The position numbers and the translations under genes are program-made. From Camelus ferus (Eukaryota), in NCBI RefSeq assembly GCF_009834535.1, contig NC_045697.1, forward strand, positions 250,001 through 314,000: a stretch of DNA of 64,000 nucleotides. Direction: 5' to 3'. Below, one piece after another: positions 13,801-23,995 of the stretch. Every line of letters starts with the position of its first letter. Positions within the stretch are counted from its first letter, which is position 1. The notes below the pieces were generated by a model. That model worked only from the letters and a program-made list of their open reading frames with translations, was not told the DNA's origin and did not search any database.

Positions 13801-14779
13801 AGCACAGGCAGGCCAGGAGGAGGGTCTGGAGAGACCCCAGCCTGAGCTCCCCAGCCAGAGCCCCCAGCCCCTAGACAGAATCGGGCGCTCTGGCTACCAA
13901 CAGCAGAAATCTCAGGACCCTGCTCTCTGCCCAGGCAGAGCACGAGCCCTGGGGAGGGGCCTCTCGGCGCTGTGGGCACCCAGTGGGTGCTGCCCTCACC
14001 TGATCTGGGCTTACAGGCCGCGGTCTCTGGGACTTGCCGACTTCAGGGCCTGCCTGGGCTTGAGCTGGTTCTGGGGTTTTCATTAATTCCCAGCCATAAA
14101 CGCACTCGGCCCAGAGCCAGCCCAGAGGCTGCGATGAGGGCAGAACAGGAGCGACTGAAACAGATGCTGTCATCCCAACCGGAACTTCTTGCCAATGAGG
14201 CAGAAAACAAACGACTTTATCAGTTGAAGTGCGTTACGTGCCTTTTATTCCCCCGTCGGGTGACAGCGTTTATAATGTAGCTGCAGCGTAACCAGCCGGG
14301 AGCACCCTCTCCTGAGTGAAGGCCTGTCCTCCAGGGTCTCGGGGGAAAAGGCAGTTTCTCTGAAGTGTCTTCCAGACTCTAAGAGATTGGCGGGGGTGGG
14401 TGTGGATAAGTGGTGTCTCTCCTGAGCCCTGTAAGGTAACTTAACACCTTCTCGATGCAGCACGGCATTTGGGAAGCCCCTCCTGAATGAATATTGGTAT
14501 TTCACTATCAAGTATTTGCTGGCAGCCTTGGAGGAACCTGGCGCTCAAGAAAGAGCTGGGGAGAAGGAGGCACCTCTGCTCTCTGAGGGCTTGTGGTCTG
14601 GGGCTCTTGCATTTGCCTGGCCATCACCCATCCTCCTGTTTGGAGGGTGAAGTGCCCACTTGGTCCTCACCTTCCCAGACCCTCTTGCCCATGACACATC
14701 CACAGAAACCCTTCACAAGTTTCCATAGACACGTTTGCCAAGTGGATGTCTCTTTTTTCCTGCCCTTACTGTGGACGTG

Positions 14780-14990
14780 AGGCTGGAGCAGCAGCAGCCA
14801 CTTCGTGACAGGGAGGAGCAAGCTGAAAACTCCACTAGGATGACAGTGGTACAATGAAGGGTGAAGCCAGTCCCTGCTGGCACTGCTGAGCAACTGAGCC
14901 ACCTCCTGATACCTCCACATGTGAGAGAAACAAACTGAGTCAAGCCACTCTGTTTGGTTCCCTGCAATTTGAGTCAAAAGCATCTTCCCC
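14780..14990 (+). mobile_element. Possible MLT1 (MaLR) LTR 3' fragment
   Basis: tgtgagagaaacaaac...aagccactctgtttgg...caaaagcatc resembles old MLT1 3' ends. Confidence 0.35.
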
Positions 14991-17558
14991 AGTGCATAAT
15001 TCTAGAGTTTCTCTAACCGATCTGCTCCTTCCTCTGCAGTCCAGCTCAGCCTGTGATGCTCATCCTCCCAGATGCCAGAGAACCTGGCCTCCCCGGTCAG
15101 TGTCACAGCAGGGAAGACCCGGACACGCGGGAGGCCCCTGATAAACAGAGTGAACCCCAAAATAGACAGACAGGTCAGTGAAGCTTGTGGGACCAGCCTT
15201 GCCCTCAGGACCTGGGTGTGGGACAGGATCGGGAAGCCTGGCCCTTAGTGTAGAGTCTCGGAGTGGACACTGGGGGTCAGGACAGGATTGCCTCCGCGGC
15301 CCTGAGGTCCTAGGAGGCGAGAGGAGGCAGGGACTGGGGAAGGGTCACGTCTGAGCTCAGGAGCCCAGCGCAGCCGCAGACACACAGGCCTCAGTGTGTG
15401 TGGTGGGGCCAGCAGCAGGGAGAAAGGTCCCTCGGGCTTCACAGAAGCAGGTACCAGACAAGGAGGGACGTCCCCTGCAAGGCCCTGGCAGTGCTGGAGG
15501 TGGGGGAGGGGCCGGCACTGTCGGAGGAGCTTCCCTGCCCAGGGCTCCCGACTCACAGAGGGACTCTGCCCACCTGGCCCCACCTGCCTCCTGTGGGCCC
15601 CGAGGTGGGCGCTGCCCTCCCTCCTCCTGGGTCTGGTCCCTGTGGCCTCCACGTCTGGGGACTGGTCCTCACGAGACCCCCGAGGGGTCTCTGCCGAGAG
15701 TGCACAGCCTATGCCCCACGGGGTGTGGAGGCCCCACCCCCAGGGTCTCCCTTCGCCTCCTTCCACCAAGGCCTGGGTTCCCCTGCCTCCCACCCACCTG
15801 CAGCCTAGGCTAGGGAGGCTGCGCTCCCTCCCGTGAGAACGTGCTGGCCTCAGGACAGTGGCTGTTCACGCCCTTGCCCTCCCCACATGCCAGGCTCAGG
15901 CCCCCAGGCCCTCTGAGTCCAGACCAGCCTCCCTATCTGCAGGATGGGCCTGGGGCCACTCTGCCAGGACACATTCACATCGACCGAGCAGCCGGATGGC
16001 CAGGGAACAACTGAGCTTGGCAGGAAGACCCCCTTCGGCTGAGTCCTGAGGTCCCGGGACCCTCCCACCGCCCTCCAAGCCCCTACCAGCCCCTGGGGCC
16101 CCGGGCCTGTGCCCCAGTCCCCGTGCTCCTCCTGGGAGCCCACCTCAGACACCCCTCCTCCCCGCCTGCTCACTGGCCCCGAGGACCTACACACATTCCA
16201 GACACGGAACATGTCACGCAGAGGCAGACGGTGAGACAGCCAGCCTCAACAAGGTCGTAATAGCCCCGATGCTCCTGCTTCAGCCTGAGGAGAGCCTGTG
16301 GCCACGACACAGCCCTGACAACTGCCGGCTCCTGGCCACGATGTAAATACAGCTCCCGGGCCGTGTGCCACTTCCTGGCCTCGGGGGAAAACAGTTTCTT
16401 CAAATCATGCCCTTGAGGACCCTGAGTCCCAGATCCAGGCAGATGTGGCCGGAGCGCCTGGCCCCGGTTCAGAGCCGCGTTGCCGCAGACAAGTTCCCAG
16501 GCCACCACACCAAACTCTCTCGGGGACTGAGTGTTGGCTAATTCAAATCTGGGGTGTCTTGATGGTTCTCCAGGGGGCCAAGACCTGTAAAGGCCTCCAG
16601 GACATTCTCTTGTGAGAGCAAGTCTGCCAACAGCCGGCCACTTTCCTTGACGGCCTGGCCCAGAAGCAACCTCTCTGGCCCACCCTGCGTGCCCACAGCT
16701 CCCTGGTCTCTGGGAGGACCCCAGCAGAGCTGTGTCCTGGGGGTGCCCCATCAGCCCTCGGAGAACTCAGGTCCCAAGGGTGGGGGCTCCCGTGGGCCCC
16801 ACCTGGTCCCCCTCCGGCCATGTCACAGGAGAGAGATGGCTGCTGTGCAGAGCCAGTCAGCATCCACTCCAGGGACCCAGAGGCTGGAGTATCTGGGCAG
16901 CCTTCCATCTCAAGGGGAGGGGCTCTGGAGCGCTGTCCCTTCCTCGTGGTCCATGGCTGCCCGCCTGCCCTCAGAGAGACATCTCAGCACCAGGAGTCTG
17001 AGTGAAGTCATGGTTTGGTGCCACTGGCCTTGCTGGGATGTGGCAGGGCAGGACAGGTAATGTGCCAGCTCCTGTGTCCATGGTCCCAGCCTGCCCTCCC
17101 GGGCACGGGGTCCCCCAGGGGGCTGGGCTGCAGAGCCAGGGCAGGCGAGCGTCTACAGAGGACTGTGGGAAAGGCCCAGGCTCGCCTGGGACGTCAGGGC
17201 CATCAGAGTGTGAGCTGGCCCTCCCTGAACTCCAGGTGATACCCTACCCGTCCCACAGTGCCACAGGCTGCCGCCTCTCGGGGCCCAGGCTGGCCTTGGG
17301 GTGGGTACCCAGAGCAGGCGGATAAGTGGTGTGTGCAGCAGGGCAGATACCAGATGACTGAGGGCGGGAGAGGCCTGTGGGCCGCGGAGAAGCCTGGTCA
17401 GCCCTTCCTGAGAAACGCTCAGAGCTTGAGGGCCCTGGGCGGGGCGGCAGGCACCTGTCTGAGGCCCAGCAGGTTCCAGACTGAGCTCCTCCCAAGAGTC
17501 CGGAGTGGACAAGGCTGAGCAGACACACCCTTGCGTGTAGGGAGCTGTGCGCACCCCA

Positions 17559-17582
17559 TCTGTCTGTCTGTCTGTCTGTCTG
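17559..17582. repeat. (TCTG)6 microsatellite
   Basis: tctgtctgtctgtctgtctgtctg. Confidence 0.9.
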
Positions 17583-19993
17583 TGGGACTCCTGAGTCCTG
17601 CAGCTGCTGTCCCCTCCACGTAGTCACCTCAAAGCCTCTGCCCCAACAAAGGCCTTGCTGAGATGCAGGGTCAGGAGAGACGACAAGGCTCTGGGAAGTG
17701 TGTTCTCGGGAGAGGATGTGCCACTGCAGCCAGCGAGCTGGGGACGACAGCCTCAGATGCCACAACTTAACGAGGCCACGTGGAGTCTCGTCCCCAGCAC
17801 CACAAGGGCCTGCACTTCCCTGGCTTCTGCTGTGAGTCCTTCTCTGAGTGTGCGCATCTGCGCCCGTGAGGGTGTGGGGGGATGAGTCTGTTTCTTAGTG
17901 TGTGTCTCTCTGTCTGTCCCCCTCTGTCCATGTATCCTACACTTAGACTTCTTGACCTGTTTCCTTGGGTTCCCTGGTCTCCATCCCAGCCACCCTGTCT
18001 TTTCCATGATATCTTTCTCCGGCCATTCTGCTCAGAGCCTCTGTCTCCCCAGTCGCCTTCTCTGCCTGACTTCTAGACAGCCTGGCCCCCCATCCCTCCC
18101 CTCTCCCTCCTCCCCAGTTTCCCCACATCCCTCTCTGTCTCCAGTGTCTGAGGCATTTTTGGTCATCTTTCTCTTGGGCTGTTTACCCACTGCATCTTCT
18201 CTGGGTTAACCTATTTCTAGATGGCTTCCAGAGTTTGCCAGGCCTGGGTCTGGGGCTCTGGTCTGTCTCTCTCAGAATCTTCTCTTGGTCTCTGCCTGTC
18301 TCCCTCTCACCCACACTCATCCTGAGAGACCAAGAAGACACTCACCGCAGGGCGCAAAAATACGGGAACAGGAAGTAAGGTCTCACCCGGCGGTCACACG
18401 CGCTGGCCCAGCCGCACTGGCACGTGAACGGGGGCAGGCAACGCGGGGCCTGGGGCCCTCAGGAGTGGCTGCTGCCCAGAGGGTGCTCGGGGGGCCTCCA
18501 GATGCCTCCTCTTGGCACCCACGTCTCTGGTGAAGCCTGCCCCATCGCCGCCACAGGAGAAACTTTGGGTTGACACGGAACAAAGGGAATCCAGGCTGGC
18601 AATTACCCAGCTAATTTCAGCCACGTAGACAGCCAAATCAGATATTTCAGTTTTCTTACAAGCCCACCTCGGGGCCTGAATTAGCCACCTAATTAATTAT
18701 CTGTGCAGCCTGGGACTGGCTGGGTGGAATCTGGATCCCTCCCAGAGCCAGGATGCTGCTTGTCCCTGAATCACGTCCTGGTGACGTAATCATTATAATT
18801 AGACTCAACCTGCAGCCTATCCTTGACCACAGAATCTCAGGAAACATGGCCCCGGGCCAGGCCCAAACATCTTTCCATTTAATTTGTGTTAAATGGAAAT
18901 GCAGTCACTCTGCAGGAGACCAGCCCACATGGGCGATGCCCGTCCTGGGCACGGTGGCACAGGCCCCTCTGTCTTGCCCCCGTTTCTAGCACAACAGACC
19001 CCACCACTCCCCACCTCTGGTGAAAGGCACCCAGTCACTCCTGCCAAGAGGTGGCCTCGCTGGGCGTCACCTGACTCAGTCTGCGAATGGCATCAGGTCA
19101 GGGTGTGGCCCTTGGAGGCCATGTGTGGTCCAAGGGAGGTGCTGTCACACAAGGGAGCCATCTCCAATGGCAGAGTCAGGCCCCAGTCACAGGCGCCCAC
19201 CACCAGGAGCCCCGGGAGCTTGCACTGCACCCGGCAGCTGAGGTGTGCAGGGTGGGCCCCATGGGCCTGGGCTGAGCAGACTGATTTGCCAGGATGTGTC
19301 TGTGCCATAAGGACCTCAGCCCACTGCCCCACCCACCTCCTGGTCCAGGGTCTCTGGCCATGATCATGGCCTTGAGCCAGGTAGGCTCAGGATTCCCTTC
19401 AAAAGCAGTCAGCAGGGTTGGAGGGGGGTGGTCTCCTCCCTCAAAGCACAAATCAGAGCTGCCCTGCCTCCATGCTGGGGCTGAGCTCACACGAGCTACC
19501 CAGTGTCTCTCTCCTGTCCCTGTGTTCAGCCAGCCCGGGCTCCCTGTGCACGCTGCCACCCCCTCTCCAGCAACACTGCGAAGTCCTTGGTGGATGCCAA
19601 GGTCCAGCCCAGCTCCTCACTCCCACTCCAGCTGCCGTGGCCACCCTGCGGCCTCCAGCAGCTCTGCTTACCAGAAGCAAGACGCCCATGGGTGCTACCA
19701 GATCTGGCCAGTTAGATAGGCCCCTGGTGCCTCCCAAACCCACCCTGGGGTGTCCTGCAAGGCTGAGAGGAGGTGCTCTGCTGGGCTTCGCTGGACCGCA
19801 GCACACCAGCATGCATCCCACAACCCCAAGCTGGCCAAGGTGATACAGGAGGTGCTGACTTTGTCCCCTGACTTTCCAGAAGGAGCCTGAGGTGTGCTTT
19901 GCAGGGCTTGTGTGGTGAGGTCTGAGGTGACCACGTGCTACACATGACCCCGTGTGTTCAAGTGCCCCTGGGTGTGCAGCGTACGCCCCCTAC

Positions 19994-20024
19994 CTCCCAG
20001 GGCCTGTTTCATCACGAACTCCAT
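19994..20024 (-). CDS. CPLX1: CPLX1 (complexin-1) first coding segment in exon 2
   Basis: GCCATCGCC ATGGAGTTCGTGATGAAACAGGCCCTGGGAG|GTAGG = MEFVMKQALG + 1 nt; strong Kozak; syntenic downstream of GAK. Remaining exons lie left of the window. Confidence 0.96.
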
Positions 20025-20099
20025 GGCGATGGCTTTGAGTCCTCAGCTGGTCCTCAGCGAGTCGTAGCTCACATGTGAGTGTGGCCAGGAGTCCTCTGC
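20025..20099 (-). other. CPLX1: CPLX1 exon 2 5'UTR part
   Basis: Acceptor TCTTCCCCCAG|GCAGAG with AG at 20101-20100. Confidence 0.8.
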
Positions 20100-21286
20100 C
20101 TGGGGGAAGACGTGGTCACAGGTCACCCGACTACGCTGGGGAAGGCTTCTTCCTTGTCCCCACCCAGCTTCCCCTGGCCGTGGGTCTGGGGTCGGAGAGA
20201 GCCTCATTCGTGGTTCCCCCTCACACCTGGAGTCCAGACACCAACACTGGGACAGGTACCTGGGAGGGTTTGGGAGGGTCCTGCAAAAAGTTCTCAGCTA
20301 GCCCCTGGGGTTTCTGAAGCTGGCTTCCAGCTGCTACTGCAGGGAAAGGGGTGTGCAGCTCAGAAGAGCCAGGCTGCATGAAGTGGGGGCAAGCCCAGGG
20401 GCATGTGGAGGTGACTGGCTCTGCTGTCTCCTTGGTGGAGCCCTGGGCCACAGAGGCGGGGACCCATCTAAAGGATGGGAAGGGTTAGTGCGGGTGGGAC
20501 CCGATTGGGTGCTCCCTTTGGCTTCTGATGGAGGAGTCTCGGGAAACCAGGTTCCCTCCAGGGGGGAGGCCAGCACTGCTGCAGAGACGGGTGGAGGGAG
20601 AAGCTGCAGGGGCCCAGCCTTCAGGGAACCAATGAAATGGGGGGGGGGGCATACCACCAGCTCCACCTGCATCTGCAAGGGTGGGGCTCTCTAGGGTCCA
20701 GACCAGCTGGAAATCTGGTGGGGAGGTGCTTCTTGTAAAATCAGCAGCTGCAGTGTTCCCCTCCTCCACTACCTCTGGTGAGGGCTCTCTTGGCAGGGAA
20801 ACCCAGGTCGCTGGAGAGCCACTGTTTTATGTGTTTTTCCTCTTCAAATGAAGGAAATAAGGAAATCTGCGTGTGTGTGGACTAGGGAGACCTGGGAGTG
20901 GGGGCGGGACTCCCCCATCTTCTGACAAAGCGCTGGGGCACAGGGACGCCTTTGCCGCAAAGCAGATTCTCTTCCAAACTTCTCCCCTGGCTCCTAACAG
21001 GGAGGCAGCCGCAGAGCCCAGCAGCAGAGCGGTCGGGGCGCTGTTGGAGCTCCCCCAGTGCTCTCATCGCCGCCCTGCGCGGCTAGGGGTTCCTGCTGCC
21101 GCCCCACCCCTTGGCTTCATGGGCAGGCGAGTTGCCCGGCTCTGCCAAGGGGCCCTCAGGCGGGAGCGCGCCAGGAGAGAGAGAGAGAGACAGAGGACGA
21201 GGGAGGAGAAAGGGAGACGCGAGAGACATGAGACTCGGAAAAGGAGTAAGAAAGAGCGAGGGCGTCAGCCAGGACTGTGGGGCCGT

Positions 21287-21313
21287 TTCAGCACCGCGCC
21301 AGTGGACAGCGCC
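21287..21313 (+). promoter_or_regulatory. Non-canonical (wide-spaced) RE1/NRSE REST-binding element
   Basis: TTCAGCACC-gcgccagt-GGACAGCGCC: both RE1 half-sites perfect, with an 8-nt instead of 2-nt spacer. Confidence 0.75.
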
Positions 21314-21459
21314 AGCCAGGGGCCCAGGATGGGGCACCGGGGCGGAGCGCGCGCCAAGCCCTGGCCGGGAAGGGGCCGCAGAGCCAGGGAGGCGGCAGCT
21401 GGGGCCCGGGAGGGGGCAGCTGGGGTCAGGGAGGGGGCTGCGACAGGGGCCCTGGTTAC

Positions 21460-21550
21460 CTTCCTGGGGCCGGGGCGCGGGCGTCGGACGGGCGGGCGGT
21501 CAGCGGCAGAGCGCGCTCGGGCCGGCCGGGTCCATGTGGCGCCCCGGGAA
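21460..21550 (-). other. CPLX1: CPLX1 non-coding exon 1 (5' end approximate)
   Basis: Donor CAGGAAG|GTAACC at 21460/21459 inside a CpG island, 1.36 kb upstream of exon 2. TSS not determinable from sequence. Confidence 0.7.
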
Positions 21551-23839
21551 CTGCGGCGGCAGCTGAAGGGCACCGCGAGGAGGGCGCGTCACATGTAGAC
21601 ACTCCCCGCCCCCCGCCCGCGTCCGAGCATGACGAGGAGGGCGGGGCCGCGGCGGCGGGGCGGGCGCCGGCGGGGGGCGGGGGCGGGAGAGGCGGAGTCT
21701 TGCCCCACTCTCCCCTCCAAAACCCTGCCTCCCGGCCGAATTCGATAAAGGGTGGAATCCTGGGGCGCTAGCTCTCCGAGTCGGCGCGCACGACCCTGGC
21801 CCACCCGTCAGTTCGGAATCCCAGATGGGCTGACTGCCCCCAACCACCACCAGCCGGTCTCCTCTGTGTGGACCCTGGCGGGGGGTGGGGCCTCCCCCTC
21901 CCCCTCCCCCCAGACCAGGTCCTGCACTCCCGTCCGCTTCCACCCGTGCGGGGCACCCAGCGTGCGGGACAGATACGTGCGCAACCCCAGTGGGAGAAGT
22001 CCTTTCTATTCCGGCCGCGGGGAGGGGGCGGGGGTTGGGTGTCCCAGCTCCCCTCCGCCTTCCACGCTGCCCGGGAGCGCGCGGGAAGAGGGTCCCCAGC
22101 AGGGGCTATGACTGCAGTCCCGACCAGGCCAAGTGCCCCTGAGCGCTGTCCGGGTCCCCGACCCCCGCTGCTCTCGGGCCTCCCGCACCTCTGGGCGGGA
22201 GAAGGGAGCCCCCATACTCCTGAAAATCCATCTGACCCTTGGCGGAGAGCTGCCCGCAGACCGGCCAGGACCTATTTTTCTGCGAATAGGTTTGCAGAGA
22301 AAGGGCCACGCCGTTTCATTTCAGTGGGACAGAGGTGGCGCGACCCCTACCTCTCGACCAACGGCCTCACGCCGAGCAGGGACGCGCGAAGGTTACTGCG
22401 GACCGGCCGCTTCGCCCGGTGTCCCTGCAGCCCCGCCCCCGCCGCGGCCGCCCCCTCCCCAGGCCCCCGGGATTTCCTCTGCGGGCGGATGCCGCGCAGC
22501 GAGGAGAGCCGGGTCGCTGCAAGGTCGGCAGCTCAGACTCCTGTCCTGCCGCCCCACCCGAGGTGGGAAGACCGGGCCCTGAAGTCACTGCACACCAGTG
22601 CTGTGGGCAGGGCTTGGGGGAGGGGGCCCGCAGCGGGGCAGGGGTCAGGGTCTCCACTATCCTGGTGGGTGGGTGGACACCCCTGGTGTTCACTGCATAA
22701 ACTTTCACAGTCTTCTCCCAGCTGAGTCATCAGGACTCGCTGGGCCTGAAAGTGGAAGGGGGCAGATCCTAGAGAGCCCTGGAGACCATTCCCCACGTTG
22801 CCCAACCAGGACACGCAGCCTGAACTCTGGAAACGTGCCTGTTTCCCCCAATCCGCTGGGCACCTTGGCTCCCAGCTCCTATCCCTCATTAACCATCTCT
22901 AGGCCCACCTGGGCCCCACAGTGGCCTGCCAAGTGGTCCTCGGCGGGCAGGAACGAGCAGAGGGGAAGGGATGGAAGAGGCCAGCACTGCTTTCTAGGGG
23001 TGATAGGGGCACCTTCCGCTCTGCAGCGCTGGTGGCCCTGGGGGAGGCCCACATCAGGACATTCAGAGCTGCAGCCTCCCCGGACCCCAGGGCCATGGGA
23101 CCTGGCCTCAGTCTTGTCCGTTCTTCCTCCTGACGGCTCCTGTCACCTGGACCTGGGCCAGGAGGTGCAAGGTGGGTGGGGTGGGGCCGCTCATAAGGGT
23201 GGGTCTGGGGACAGAACATAGGACTCCCACCTAGGCTGCAGGAAGCCCTGTGCACCAGCACCCTGGCTGACCCCCAGGGCACATTTCCCTTCTACCCCCA
23301 CCCTTGATGTGAGGTGGGGTGAAGCCCCAGGCCTTCTGCAGGTGTGGGGACAGGTGCTCTGCGGAGGGAGTGGTCACCTGTTTCCAGGTGTCTGAGAGTC
23401 TTGAGTGTTTGCTCAGCCTGGCCCTCCTGGTGTCCTCAGAACCTGTGTGTGGATGCCAGAGGGGAGAGGGGTGGGGCCAGGAGAGAGAAGCCACTTCTTC
23501 CTGCTGAAGCCTCCACCCTCAGCCCCTGCCAGCAGGTGGACCTGGAGGACCACAGCTGAGTCCTGACGGCAACCCCGCAGAGGCCCCCAGAGGTGACCCC
23601 AGCTGAGTCCAGAGCAGGCCCCACAACCAATGACCCCAGCTGCCCTTACAAGCCACGGAGACACCCCGTTGACCTTGCGGCAGCCAGGCTGGGCAGGGTG
23701 CAGCTTGCATATCACCAGGATAGAGGGGTCCATGACCTCACCGGTCCCATGACCCAGGCCTGGCGGATCTCCACACACCCTGAGTCACGGGCCCAGGTTG
23801 GGGACAGAGGACAGAGGCCCTCTGCTGACCCTCCAGCGC

Positions 23840-23995
23840 TCTGTCTTTCTCCTCCCTCCCTCCCTGTAGGGTCATCACCTGTCTCTCTCCTCTATATATA
23901 AACATCTCTGTCTCTATGTTTCCCTTTCTGTCTCTTTATCTCTTGGTCTCTGTCTCTGTCTCTCTGTCTCTGTCCCTCTGTGTCTCTCTCTGTTG
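23840..23995. repeat. CT-rich low-complexity tract ((TCTCTG)n-like)
   Basis: Pyrimidine-rich degenerate tctctg repeats. Confidence 0.7.

Larger units (their letters stand above)
21270..22560. promoter_or_regulatory. CpG island / CPLX1 promoter with GC boxes
   Basis: Very dense CpG; multiple GGGCGG (Sp/KLF) boxes around 21600-21690. Confidence 0.85.

Noticed and set aside
1..19993. CPLX1 exons 3-4 (GATKDMGKMLGG...)
   Set aside because: Not found on reading the minus strand. They should lie left of the window, consistent with a long intron 2.
20873..22725. 241-aa and 285-aa plus-strand ORFs over the CpG island
   Set aside because: Arg/Ala/Gly/Pro-rich products caused by stop-codon scarcity in a CpG island.
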